From contig CBDBCF010000001.1 of NCBI GenBank assembly GCA_965202985.1, forward strand, positions 352,001 through 416,000: 64,000 nucleotides of DNA, given 5' to 3'. This DNA comes from Longimicrobiales bacterium (lineage in GTDB: Bacteria > Gemmatimonadota > Gemmatimonadetes > Longimicrobiales > Gaopeijiaceae). The translations under genes were made by a program, and so were the position numbers. Below the pieces are notes generated by a model. The model saw only the letters and a program-made list of their open reading frames with translations, was not told where the DNA came from and did not search any database. Numbering within the stretch: the stretch's first letter is position 1; each line of letters starts with the position of its first letter. This document shows positions 1-10,173 of this stretch, piece after piece.

Positions 1-694
1 TACCCAGGCCTTGCTTCTCGTGATCGCAGAGAATAGCATATTTCGCAACCGAGCCAAGCCGAAATCAGCCGAGTAGCAATCCTGAGCATTGACAACGTAT
101 ACCATCCCAAATTCGTTGCCCTTGGCTCGATAGATTCCCGTAAACATCACAGAATCAGGACGTCGGAACTCATCTGCTTCTGTACTCACCCCTGCCAAGT
201 GGCTTTGTATTCCCTTCTCCATAAGTCGAGCTCGCATTGGTCCAGTGGCCTTGGGAGTGGACAATGGATCGAGGTTGATGACTACAATGTCATCAGGAGT
301 CAAGTCATCTTGGTCGAGGTTCTTTTCGATTTCCCTCACTAACCACTCGGTCTGCATATCTTCTTTGTCGAAATCCGCAAATACCACGAGATCATCTGTC
401 TTAGAGTGTTCCTCAAGAAACGCGGGACTCGTGGCTTCGGTGCGTTCGAATGCAATAAACTCGCCATGGCGGATTGAACCGGACGATTGATAGCCGACGT
501 CGCGCCACATCGCAGAGTCGTCGAACATTTGTACGATGCCGGTCGTGTCGCTCTGGATGTGCTCTCGGTGGATGCCGAAACCGAGTGCATGCGCCGTCGC
601 TAGAATCGGTCGCGGATTCCTGTAACACTTCTTCAAGATGACGTCGCTGTCGGGCGATTCGTGCCTCCAGCGTACGCTTGGCCCAAACATTTCC
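1..694 (-). pseudogene. 3' part of IS-interrupted superfamily I DNA/RNA helicase (COG3972-like); runs off the window
   Basis: Removing the IS and one TSD copy joins ...PKEM to FGPSVRWRHESPDSDVILKKCYRNPRPILATAHALGFG...FTGIYRAKGNE...LFSAITRSKAWV in frame (SF1 C-terminal motifs); frame is open to base 1. Confidence 0.9.
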
Positions 695-2088
695 GGCGCT
701 TCCCCATATGGTGTGGGCTGTGTAGGATCAAGGGGCGACATGGACCATGAACCGAGGAGGCGAGGATGGAGATGCGGAAGTGGGTGGAGAGCTTGATGGC
801 GTTGGGGCCGGGCTGGGAGGTGAAGGGGGTCGAGGAGGACCCGGTGCTGATGGAGGCGCGGGTGCGCGTGGCGAGGCGGACGGGCGAGCCGTTGACGTGT
901 CCCGAGTGCGGCCGGCCGTGTCCGGGATACGACGCTCGGGAGCGGGAGTGGCGGCACCTGGACGCTTGGGGCTACAAGACGTTCGTGGTCTGCGACCTGC
1001 CTCGGGTCGAGTGTCCGGAGCACGGGGTGCGGACGGCATCGATGCCCTGGGCGGCGGACAAGTCGAGGTACACGGCGGCGTTCGAGGAGGAGGTGACGGC
1101 GTGGCTCGGCGAGGCCAGCATCCTGGGGGTGTCGAAGCGCATGAGGATGAGCTGGAACGCTGTGAGCGGCATCATGGAGCGGGCGGTGCGCCGGGGGCTC
1201 GAGCGCCGGAAGGCGGAGCCGGTCCGGCGGCTGGCGGTGGACGAGACGTCGGTCAAGCGCGGACACCGGTACGCGACGATCGTGTCGGACACGGACACGG
1301 GGCGCGTGCTGCACGTGGCGAAGGGTCGGACCCGAGAGTCGCTGGCGCAGTTCTACCGGAGCAGGGACGGCGGCTGGCTGGCCGGGTTGGAGAGCGTGTC
1401 GATGGACATGTGGGGTCCCTACGTGGCGGCGACGGGGGAGTGGGTGCCGGGCGCGGAGCTGAAGACGGCGTTCGACCGCTTCCACGTGGCCAAGCACCTG
1501 GCGGACGCGGTGGACAAGGTGCGGCGCGCCGAGCACCGCGAGCTGCTGGCGCAGGGCAGCGCCGTGCTCGCGAGGACGCGCTACCGGTGGCTGACTGGAC
1601 GCGGCAAGATGAGTCACGCCGAGAAGCTGGCGTTCGCGGCGCTGCGCAAGAACGTGGACCGGACCGCCCGCGCCTGGGCGGTGAAGGAGGCGGCATCGAA
1701 GCTGTGGGACTACAAGCTCCGGGGCTCGGCCGAGAACGCCTGGCTGCACTGGCTGCAATGGGCGTCGGGCTGCGGGCTCGCGCCCGTTCACAAGGTCGCC
1801 GAGATGGTCGGCGCCCACCTGTGGGGCATACTCAACGCCGTCGTGCTGCGAGCGACCAACGGCCCGGCCGAGAGCATCAACAGCAGGATCCAGATGGTCA
1901 AGGCCCGCAGCCGCGGCTTCCGCAACTACGACCGCTTCGTCACCGCCATCCTCTTCCACCTCGGCGGCCTCGACCTCTCGCCCCGCACCGCCCGCCGGTG
2001 ACCCCGTAGACCCCTCGTCCCGCCTTCCTCGACAAGCGATGCTCAGCACCCTGCCCAACCGCGAACCCACTAGGTTAAGCGAAGAGCC
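695..2088 (+). mobile_element. ISL3-family insertion sequence, 1394 bp
   Basis: Imperfect terminal IRs GGCGCTTCC...GTGGG (from 695) and CCCAC...GAAGAGCC (to 2088); perfect 8-bp direct repeat ACATTTCC at 687-694 and 2089-2096. Confidence 0.93.
766..2001 (+). CDS. ISL3 family transposase
   Basis: Zn finger CPECG...CPEHG, AVDET, SMDMW, FDRFHV, TNGPAESINSRIQ motifs; GGAGG upstream. Confidence 0.95.
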   Translation: MEMRKWVESLMALGPGWEVKGVEEDPVLMEARVRVARRTGEPLTCPECGRPCPGYDAREREWRHLDAWGYKTFVVCDLPRVECPEHGVRTASMPWAADKSRYTAAFEEEVTAWLGEASILGVSKRMRMSWNAVSGIMERAVRRGLERRKAEPVRRLAVDETSVKRGHRYATIVSDTDTGRVLHVAKGRTRESLAQFYRSRDGGWLAGLESVSMDMWGPYVAATGEWVPGAELKTAFDRFHVAKHLADAVDKVRRAEHRELLAQGSAVLARTRYRWLTGRGKMSHAEKLAFAALRKNVDRTARAWAVKEAASKLWDYKLRGSAENAWLHWLQWASGCGLAPVHKVAEMVGAHLWGILNAVVLRATNGPAESINSRIQMVKARSRGFRNYDRFVTAILFHLGGLDLSPRTARR

Positions 2089-3271
2089 ACATTTCCTTGG
2101 GCCCCGGCAAGGATCGCTTGCCCAGGTTCTGGAGCTCGTCGTAAGCGTAGACCAGGTGTTTTTGCTCCTTGAGAGATCGGTAGCACAGCAACAAGAAGTC
2201 CGTGGGAAGGTCTTGGGCTTCATCGACGAGAATCGCATCGTAGTGCTCGACTGGCTTCTTGACATCTTCAAGGGCGGCGCGGCAAGCACCTGCGAATGCA
2301 TTGGACCGTCCAAATGAGCTTCTGGCAGCCCGGTAATCGCGATACTCGACGTCGTTCCTGGCGCAAAACTCATGATATATACCGTTGCGCTCCCCGCCAC
2401 CGGAACCGCCCCAAGCGCTGGTGATCCATAGTTGATCCCAGTTCGGTAGATTGCTGGTCTTGGAATAGTACGATCTCTCGATAAGGTGCCGAAAGAAGTC
2501 CTTGAGCGCGCGCGTCTGGAACGTTACGGCGATGCGCCAGTCTGGATGCATCGCATGAAGGTATGCCGCTTTTTGAGCCAGGACGATCGACTTGCCGGAA
2601 CCTGCTAGGCCCCTGATTCTCTGAATGCCGTCGGCGGTTCGAATCACAGCCCTCGCCTGATTGGTGTCCAACGTCGCCATAGCGTCTTCAAGCTTTCGCA
2701 GCTTGGCCCCTCGGGATCCTGCAGACACGGCTGGCCTCGGTCGGCGAGGCTTTCGAATCGTCGACATGGAATCAAGGACGGACAGTGCGATAGGAAGCGC
2801 CTCTTGATCCCACTCAGAGTCGGCCAAGGCATCCAGACGTATAGACAATGTCTGCGCATTCTCGATTGGGTAGTCATCATCGGTCGGCGGGCTTGCGACT
2901 GCGGGGGCAAACGACAGAGCGTGCACGGGAACGCGCAACTCTCGTCGCCCATTAGCACGCCGCACCAACGGCTGATGGCTCCTCAGCTTGTATTCGATCG
3001 CGTTGGCAAAGCTGTCCTGGCGGCCTTGATAACCTGAGAGCTCGCCCGTCTCAATCAGATCGAATGCCAGCAATCCGTGGACCTTGGATGCCAAGAGGGC
3101 ATCGATACGGCAAGAGCCGTCGGCAGTGCCGATCGGAGGATAGCCGATGTACAGCCTGTCGGAAGGGGACGGGCGCTTGCCGGGGTGGCTGGTCCACGAC
3201 CGGACGAACTCCTCGAGTGCGTGGCTGGCACCGGGTTTGTCGTTGGTGCCTCGGATGATGTCGATGTCCAC
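2089..3271 (-). pseudogene. 5' part of IS-interrupted SF1 helicase with N-terminal nuclease-like region
   Basis: Walker A GLAGSGKS, Walker B ILVDEAQD, YDELQNL; likely GTG start at 3271 (VDIDIIRG) after AGGGA. Confidence 0.88.
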
Positions 3272-3469
3272 AAGGTGTTCCCTGGATACTGTGTGAACTG
3301 AATGCGGTCTGGCAACAAGCCGAATGTTGGCACATTGTGGACCGCTAGCCAAGTCCTTGGCCATTCCCGACAGGCCCTGGCCGTCGTATCTTTCGTAGCA
3401 TCGTACCGTCCTTCACAGGTTCTCCCACCCCGACGCTGCCCCCGTCGCCCGTCCGCCACCCGCACCCCC

Positions 3470-4252
3470 TTGGCCGCTCTCGCCCGCCTGAAGCCTAGTC
3501 CCGCCCTGCTCCGCGCCGGGTTCCGATTCGGCCCCCGCGGAACCCAGTCGAGCCGCAACACGATGCTGGGCGAGCTGTCCGCCCTGCTTGAAGCGCTGCC
3601 GCCCGACGCCGGCCGGGAGGACTACGCCAATGCCGTGGTCGACGAGAACGTCTTGGGCAAGCCGACGCTGGCCGCACGGCGGAGCGTTCGCCAACGTCTG
3701 TCGGAGTTGTACGGCCTAGACCCGAGCCTGGGGCTGTTTCGCGTGCTGCGGCGGCTGTGGGACGCGGACTCGACGGGACGGCCGCTCCTGGCCATGCTCT
3801 GCGCACTGGCCCGCGACCCGCTGCTCCGCTCGACCGCGCCTCCGGTGCTGGATTTGGCCCAGGGCGAGACGCTGGAGCGAGGGGCGTTCGCCGCGCACGT
3901 TCGCCAAGTCGCCGGTTCGCGGTTCAACGACGCGGTGCTGGCCAAGGTGGCCGCGAACGCGACCCGCTCCTGGCGGATGTCGGGGCACTTGGGCGGACGG
4001 GCGGGCCGCTGGTCCAGGCAAGCCGTCCGGCCCACGCCGGGCGTCGCGGCGTTCGCCTTGTGGATGGGTCAGACCGAGGGGCTGGCGGGGCTGTCCTTGC
4101 TGGAGTGCAGGTGGGCGCCGGTGCTGGACGCGCGGGGCAAGGCTATGCTTGTATGGGCGGTGGAGGCGGGAAGACAGGGGCTGATTCACGTTCGAGCGGC
4201 AGGAGACGTCGTGGAGATCGACACCGCGAAGCTGGACCCGTACGCGCCGTGA
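3470..4252 (+). CDS. brxA: BREX BrxA-like DNA-binding protein (start uncertain)
   Basis: GFRFGPRGTQSSR-TMLGEL, ENVLGKPT...RLSELYGLD, LARDPLLR; first gene of the coupled BREX cluster. Confidence 0.7.
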   Translation: MAALARLKPSPALLRAGFRFGPRGTQSSRNTMLGELSALLEALPPDAGREDYANAVVDENVLGKPTLAARRSVRQRLSELYGLDPSLGLFRVLRRLWDADSTGRPLLAMLCALARDPLLRSTAPPVLDLAQGETLERGAFAAHVRQVAGSRFNDAVLAKVAANATRSWRMSGHLGGRAGRWSRQAVRPTPGVAAFALWMGQTEGLAGLSLLECRWAPVLDARGKAMLVWAVEAGRQGLIHVRAAGDVVEIDTAKLDPYAP

Positions 4253-4797
4253 GCAAGGTTCGCGACTTGGCCGCGGCCTACAAGCGGCACGTGAGCGCGC
4301 CATGGCCGCGCACTCTGGCGGGGGCCCAGCGGGTCATGATGATCGTGTACCCCAAGGACCGAGAGCGGGCGCTGCGAGCCGTCATCGGCGAGTTCAAGCA
4401 GGCCACGTTGGGCGCGGACTGCGAGTGGCGTCTGGTCGATTGCAGCGGATGGTTCGCCGATTGGATGGCCGGGCACGAGTACCGGGAATCGTACTTCGAG
4501 GAACCGGAGCTGCTGGACGGCGTGCTGGACCAGGAGTTCCGCGGCACCGCGTCGGCTCGTCTGGAACGCGCCTTGAAGGGCGCCGGCGAGAGGACGGTCG
4601 TCGGGCTTGTCGGCGTGGCGTCGCTGTACGGGTTCGTGCGGGTGTCGAAGCTGATCCACGACATCGAGCGGTCGATCGAGGGGCGCTTGGCGATCTTCTT
4701 TCCCGGCAGCAAGGACGGGAACAACTATCGCCTCCTGGACGCTCGGGACGGCTGGAACTACCTGGCCCAGCCGATCACTCTGGAGAGATGGCCATGA
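4249..4797 (+). CDS. brxB: BREX BrxB (DUF1788-like)
   Basis: GTGA overlap with brxA; GRLAIFFPG...NNYRLLDARDGWNYLA C-terminus; sits between brxA and brxC. Confidence 0.85.
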   Translation: MSKVRDLAAAYKRHVSAPWPRTLAGAQRVMMIVYPKDRERALRAVIGEFKQATLGADCEWRLVDCSGWFADWMAGHEYRESYFEEPELLDGVLDQEFRGTASARLERALKGAGERTVVGLVGVASLYGFVRVSKLIHDIERSIEGRLAIFFPGSKDGNNYRLLDARDGWNYLAQPITLERWP

Positions 4798-7700
4798 GCT
4801 CCCCAAGGATATTCGAGCTGATGGAACGCGATCCGCGCTCCGAACAGCTGGCCAACAACGGTCAAGCGCGAATCGCGGGCGACAGCGCCGACGAGCAAGG
4901 CGAGCTTCGAGCCGAACTGGAGTCCTTCGTGTGCTGCGGCCAGTTCGCCGACGCATTCGACAGGGTCTTGAACCGCTACCTCGGCAACTTGGACGCCGCG
5001 TCCCGGCAAGACTCGGTGTGGGTGAGCGGCTTCTTCGGCAGCGGCAAGTCCCACCTGCTGAAGATGCTGGCGCACCTTTGGGCGAACACGCGCTTCGAGG
5101 ACGGCGCGGCGGCCCGGACGCTGGTGCCGGGCGGGCTGCCGTCGCACATCGAGGAGCATCTTCGAGAGCTCGAAGTGCAGGCCAAGCGAGCCGGCGGCCC
5201 GACCGTCGCCGCTGCCGGAACCATGCTGAGCGGCACCATAGACCAGGTTCGGTTGGCGGTCCTGGGCATCATCCTGCAAGCCCGCGGACTGCCCGAAGAC
5301 CACGCACAAGCCCGGTTCTGCCTTTGGTTGCGGAACGAGGGGTTGCTGGACCAAGTGCGGAGCACCGTCGAGGACGCCGGCAAGGACTGGCGGCGCGAAC
5401 TCGCCAACCTCTACGTGAGCCCGGTCCTGGCGGACGCCGTGACGAAGGCGCGTCCCGACTTTGCTGCGGACGCGAAGGCGGCCAGGCAGTTGTTGCGCGC
5501 ACAGTTCCCACGCCCCACGGGCGACATCGGGACGACCGAGTTCGTGGACACGGCCAAGCAAGCGCTCGCGGATCCCGGCGGCCAAGTTCCGCTCACGATC
5601 CTCGTGCTAGACGAAGTGCAGCAGTACATCGGCGACTCCAGCGACCGCGCCGCAACCATCACCGAGGTCGCAGAAGCCGTCCAGACCCAGTTTGCGGGCC
5701 GGTTGCTGCTCGTGGCGGCGGGCCAGTCCGCGCTCGAGGGACATCCGTCGCTCCAATGGCTCCGGGACCGCTTCCGAATCACGGTCCAGCTCTCCGACGC
5801 CGAAGTGCAACAGGTCACCCGCGAGGTGCTGTTGCGCAAGAGACCCAGCGCCGCCGCACCGATCGAGCGCATGTTCGAGGAGCACGCCGGCGAAGTGTCG
5901 CGCCAGCTGCAGGGCACCAAGCTCGGCGTTCCGAGCGAGGACCCGAACACGGACGTGGCCGACTACCCCTTGCTCCAAACCCGCCGCCGGTTCTGGGAAG
6001 CCTGCTTCCGAGCCGTCGCAGGCACGCACAGCCAGCTTCGTTCCCAACTGCGCATCCTTCACGATTCCTTGCAGCAGGTCGCCGACCGGGGCCTGGGGGC
6101 GGTCATTCCCGCAAGCGACCTGTTCGGCGCCCTGACGACCGACTTGGTCAACTCGGGCGTGCTGCTCAACGAGATCGCCACTCGCATCGCCGAACTCGAC
6201 GACGGTACGGACGAAGGCGTGCTTCGGCGGAACTTGTGCGGGGTCGCCTTCCTGATCGGCAAGCTGCCCCGCGAGGGCGCAGTGGACCTGGGAGTCCGCG
6301 CCGACGCGCGCACGCTGGCCGACCTGCTCGTCGACAACATCGCCAAGGACTCCGGCCTCTTCCGCAAGCGCGTGCAGGAAGCCTTGGACGAGATGGCGCA
6401 ACAAGGCACGTTGATGAAGGTCGGCGGCGAGTACCGCATCCAAACCACCATCGGCGCCGAATGGGACCGCGCCTTCCGGGAGCGGCGCAACGCACTGGAC
6501 CGAGACGAAGAGCATATTGCGCTGACGCGCCATCGTCTGTTGGCCGGAGCCGTCGGCGACATCGTCTCGAAGATTCGCTTGTCGCACGGCAAGTCCAAGA
6601 CCAACCGCACCCTTGCGCTGCACGTCGAGACGCTGAGCGAAGACGCGCTCGGCGGCGCCACCGTGCCGGTCCTGCTCCGGGACGAGTGGTCGTGCAGCGG
6701 ACGCGACGCGGAGAGCGAGGCCCGCAGCCGCGGCACGGAGGACCCGGTCCTGCACGTCTTCCTGCCCAAGGGTAACGCTGGCGACCTGCGCCGTCGCATC
6801 GTCGAAGCCGAGTCGGCCCGGCAGGTCCTGGACGAGAAGGGCCACCAGTCCTCGGCGGAAGGTCGTGAAGCGCAGGGCGCCATGAAGAGCCGTCGCGACG
6901 AGGCGAAGGCCGGGCGCGACCGCATCGTGGAAGTGGTGCTGATGACTGCCCGCGTGCTCCAAGGCGGCGGAACCGAGGTCTTCGCCGGGGGCGACCTGAA
7001 GGCCAAGATCGAACACGGCGCGAACGCGTCGCTGGCTCGGTTGTTTCCCCGCTTCCCGGAGGCCGACCACCGGGCCTGGGGCGTTGCCCTGAAGCGGGCG
7101 CAGGACGGCTCCGACACGCCGTTCGAGGCCGTGGACTGGGACGGTCCGCTGTCCGATCATCCGGTGGCCAAGGATGTGCTCGCCACGGTCGCGACGGGCA
7201 AGCGCGGCAACGAGGTCCGCAAGGCGCTGGCGCAGCCCCCGTTCGGTTGGCCCCGAGACGCCGTGGACGCGGCTTTGGTCGCGCTTCACGGTCTCGGTCA
7301 GCTGGCGGCCACCCGCAACGGTGCGCCCGTGCGACGCCTGGACCAGACGGCGATCGCAACGACCGTCTTCCGCCCCGAGACGGTCGTCCTGGACGTCGGC
7401 CAGCGGATTGCGCTGCGGGGACTCTTCCAGAAGGCGGGCGGGACGCCGCCGAGGCCCGGTGAAGAGGGCGCGGCCGCCCGGCAGTTCATCGACACCATGC
7501 GGACGCTGGCCGCGAAGGCCGGAGGCGACGTGCCGTTGCCTGCCCCGCCCGACACCGCGTTGCTGGACGACCTGGGGCGACTGGACGGCAACGAGCAGCT
7601 GGCCGCGATCTTCGACGCGGAGGAGAAGCTGGCTGGGGCCATCGAGCTGTGGAAGGACTTGGGCAAGCGCGCCGAGGCTCGGCGGCCCACTTGGGAGATG

Positions 7701-8261
7701 GCCGTCGCACTTCGCCGCCACGCTGCCGGGTTGCCGGTTGCGGACGAAGTCGGGGCCGAGCTCGACGCCATCGCTGACCGGCGGTCGTTGCTGGACGAGA
7801 TGGACCCCGTGTCGCCGTGCGTCGCGAATCTGGCCAAGGTGCTCCGCGAAGCGCTGAGCGAAGCGCGAGATGGATTGGCGCAGGCCGTCGGCGACGCCAC
7901 CGCCCATCTCGACGCCGATCGCGGTTGGCGCGAGTTGGACGAAGGCGATCGCATGGCCATATTGTCGGATGTCGGCTTGGCCGCGCCCGCACCGCTCGCC
8001 GTGGAGACGAACCACGACCTGCGACGGGCGCTGAACGAGCGCGGCTTGGCCGGTTGGAGCGCAGAGACGGAGGCGGTGCCGTCCCGGGAGACAAGGGCGC
8101 TGGCAGCGGCGGCGGCCCGTCACGGGAAGGGCGACGCGCCTGTCCCCGTGGCCGTCCGGCGAGCCACTCTGGCCAACGAAGCCGATGTGCGCCGGTGGCT
8201 CGACGAACACGAGACCAAGCTGATGGAGGCGGTCAAGAAAGGAACGGTGGTGGTGAAATGA
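4794..8261 (+). CDS. brxC: BREX P-loop ATPase BrxC
   Basis: WVSGFFGSGKSHLLK Walker A, LVLDEVQQY Walker B, YPLL, PPFGWP; ~1155 aa; ATGA overlap with brxB. Confidence 0.92.
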   Translation: MSSPRIFELMERDPRSEQLANNGQARIAGDSADEQGELRAELESFVCCGQFADAFDRVLNRYLGNLDAASRQDSVWVSGFFGSGKSHLLKMLAHLWANTRFEDGAAARTLVPGGLPSHIEEHLRELEVQAKRAGGPTVAAAGTMLSGTIDQVRLAVLGIILQARGLPEDHAQARFCLWLRNEGLLDQVRSTVEDAGKDWRRELANLYVSPVLADAVTKARPDFAADAKAARQLLRAQFPRPTGDIGTTEFVDTAKQALADPGGQVPLTILVLDEVQQYIGDSSDRAATITEVAEAVQTQFAGRLLLVAAGQSALEGHPSLQWLRDRFRITVQLSDAEVQQVTREVLLRKRPSAAAPIERMFEEHAGEVSRQLQGTKLGVPSEDPNTDVADYPLLQTRRRFWEACFRAVAGTHSQLRSQLRILHDSLQQVADRGLGAVIPASDLFGALTTDLVNSGVLLNEIATRIAELDDGTDEGVLRRNLCGVAFLIGKLPREGAVDLGVRADARTLADLLVDNIAKDSGLFRKRVQEALDEMAQQGTLMKVGGEYRIQTTIGAEWDRAFRERRNALDRDEEHIALTRHRLLAGAVGDIVSKIRLSHGKSKTNRTLALHVETLSEDALGGATVPVLLRDEWSCSGRDAESEARSRGTEDPVLHVFLPKGNAGDLRRRIVEAESARQVLDEKGHQSSAEGREAQGAMKSRRDEAKAGRDRIVEVVLMTARVLQGGGTEVFAGGDLKAKIEHGANASLARLFPRFPEADHRAWGVALKRAQDGSDTPFEAVDWDGPLSDHPVAKDVLATVATGKRGNEVRKALAQPPFGWPRDAVDAALVALHGLGQLAATRNGAPVRRLDQTAIATTVFRPETVVLDVGQRIALRGLFQKAGGTPPRPGEEGAAARQFIDTMRTLAAKAGGDVPLPAPPDTALLDDLGRLDGNEQLAAIFDAEEKLAGAIELWKDLGKRAEARRPTWEMAVALRRHAAGLPVADEVGAELDAIADRRSLLDEMDPVSPCVANLAKVLREALSEARDGLAQAVGDATAHLDADRGWRELDEGDRMAILSDVGLAAPAPLAVETNHDLRRALNERGLAGWSAETEAVPSRETRALAAAAARHGKGDAPVPVAVRRATLANEADVRRWLDEHETKLMEAVKKGTVVVK

Positions 8262-9040
8262 GCAATCGGACACTCCAATTCCGCCTAGAGGCCGTCAGAC
8301 CGGACATGGCAGTCGATGCGCACGACTTCCGCGACTTGGTGTCCGCGGCACTCGAGTGCCTGACACGCCTGGAAAAGGAACTCGGATCGGCGGTCTCGGT
8401 AGCGTATCCGCTGGTCGGTCTGGAGTTCGGCAGCGCGGGCTTGATTATACAGCCGGAGTCCAAGGGCGACGGAAACTCCACTGCTGACACGATCTCGACC
8501 CACTTCGAACAAGGATTTGCCGCACTCGTCAAGAACAAGCTAATTGCAACGGGTTTTGCCAGGCAAACCCAGGATTCTTTCAGGCGTCTCCAACAACCGT
8601 TGAAACGACGAATTGGTGCCATTGAATTCACCGGCACCAAGACGTATCGCATGGACACTGCACTTGTTGTTCGAACCCAGCGCGCCAAGAGGAAGACCGT
8701 TCAAGCAACGAGTAGCGTATCTGGACGCATCGAGGCCTTGAACATCCACAATCAAATGACTTTCTTCGTCTATCCGATCACCGGCCCGCGTGTGAGGTGC
8801 GAGTTCTCCGAATCCCTCCTTGACGCTGTTCGCGATGCCATTGGTCGCCACGTCACGGTACACGGCACATCCGATGCCGATACTTCCGACTTGTTTCCAA
8901 TACACATTGCGGTCAACAAGATCGATGTCCATCCTAGGGCCGATAAAGCCAAGTTGCGAGATTTTCTTGGATCGATTCCTAATCTCACTGGAGGCATGGA
9001 CAGCGTTGCGCTCATAAGGGCTCAAAGAGATGCCGAATAG
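8258..9040 (+). CDS. Hypothetical protein (260 aa), possible C-terminal OB-like fold
   Basis: ATGA overlap with the brxC stop; lower GC than flanks; GRIEALNIH...RVRCEF...VTVHG beta-rich segment. Confidence 0.75.
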   Translation: MSNRTLQFRLEAVRPDMAVDAHDFRDLVSAALECLTRLEKELGSAVSVAYPLVGLEFGSAGLIIQPESKGDGNSTADTISTHFEQGFAALVKNKLIATGFARQTQDSFRRLQQPLKRRIGAIEFTGTKTYRMDTALVVRTQRAKRKTVQATSSVSGRIEALNIHNQMTFFVYPITGPRVRCEFSESLLDAVRDAIGRHVTVHGTSDADTSDLFPIHIAVNKIDVHPRADKAKLRDFLGSIPNLTGGMDSVALIRAQRDAE

Positions 9041-9066
9041 GCTCTGGCTCTGGAGGAGTTGATGAA

Positions 9067-9771
9067 GTGGTCTACCTAGACATGAAGTGGCGGACGATCC
9101 CGACCTACCCGGCGGCGGAGGCTGGTCGGTTGGTGGGCCTGCATCCCAGGCGCGTGCGTCGTTGGCATGCCGGGTACCGCTATCGCTACGGCAAAGGCAT
9201 CCACAGGCAGCAGCCCGTCCTTGGCGCGACCAAGCAGCCGCCCTCTTCTCACCTTTCCTTCCTCCAGCTGATCGAGTTGCTGTTCATCAAGCAGTTCCTC
9301 GATCACGGCCTCTCCCTTCAGCGGATCAGGAGGGCTCTTGACGAGGCGAAGGAAATTCTCGGCACAGTCCATGTCGCTCATCACGTCTTCTTCGCCGACG
9401 GCACCGACGTTTTTCTCCGAGTTCGAGACGAGGGCGACGCCATCCTGCACCTGCTGAGCGGCGGGCAGTGGGCAATCGCACCGATCATCGAAGAGCTCGC
9501 CAAGCAGATCGACTTCTCCGACGCTCCCAACCAGTATGCTCGCCGTTGGTACCCGCCCGGATACGGCGGGACCATAGTCGTCGATCCGGCGGTGTCGTTC
9601 GGCAGTCCTTCCTTGGCCGGTCGCCGAATCTCGACCGCCAACATCTACGACTTGTTCGTAGCGGAAGACGGCAACTATCGGGCGGTGAAGGAATGGTGGG
9701 GCATCAGCAAGAAAGAAGTGGACGCGGCAGTGCGTTTTGAACAAGCAATGGAAGAAGAAGGGCCAACATGA
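9067..9771 (+). CDS. DUF433-containing antitoxin (VapB45-like HTH + DUF433)
   Basis: YPAAEAGRLVG...SFLQLIEL...LSLQRIRRA HTH; IVVDPAVSFGSP...EVDAAVRFE DUF433; GGAGGAG RBS. Confidence 0.85.
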   Translation: MVYLDMKWRTIPTYPAAEAGRLVGLHPRRVRRWHAGYRYRYGKGIHRQQPVLGATKQPPSSHLSFLQLIELLFIKQFLDHGLSLQRIRRALDEAKEILGTVHVAHHVFFADGTDVFLRVRDEGDAILHLLSGGQWAIAPIIEELAKQIDFSDAPNQYARRWYPPGYGGTIVVDPAVSFGSPSLAGRRISTANIYDLFVAEDGNYRAVKEWWGISKKEVDAAVRFEQAMEEEGPT

Positions 9772-10154
9772 AGTTTATTGTTGACAACAACATTGGTCCG
9801 GGAGTTGCAAAAGGAATGCGGTGTTTTGGCGAAGATGTGACGCATTTGACGGAACATTTTTGCGCCGACGTCTCTGACCCGGAATGGCTCGCAAGAGTGG
9901 GAAAAGAAGGTTGGTTCGTCTTGACCAGAGACGACCGAATTCGGTCGCGTCCGAACGAGCTTGCTGCTGTCAAGCGACATGGGGTCGGCCTGTTCTTCCT
10001 TGCGGGCAAGAACCGGACCAAGTGCCAGATCATTCAGCAACTGATTCGAAACTGGCCGGGGATCAAGGATCACGCTCGCCATAACAAACCGCCGTTCGCG
10101 ATCAGGGTCCCGCCGACGGGTACGAAGCTTGGCAAGTTGCCCCTGAAGAGGTGA
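9768..10154 (+). CDS. PIN-domain toxin (VapC45/PIN_10-like)
   Basis: MKFIVDNN, DPEWL, VLTRDDRIR; ATGA overlap with the DUF433 gene. Confidence 0.88.
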   Translation: MKFIVDNNIGPGVAKGMRCFGEDVTHLTEHFCADVSDPEWLARVGKEGWFVLTRDDRIRSRPNELAAVKRHGVGLFFLAGKNRTKCQIIQQLIRNWPGIKDHARHNKPPFAIRVPPTGTKLGKLPLKR

Positions 10155-10173
10155 CGAGAGGTCGGCGATCACC

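Noticed and set aside
3272..3469. brxR/WYL regulator or its operator upstream of brxA
   Set aside because: No WYL ORF and no convincing inverted repeat seen.
9061..9090. VVYLD as a relic PIN N-terminus, and duplicated ATGAAGTGG
   Set aside because: Too short to distinguish from chance.
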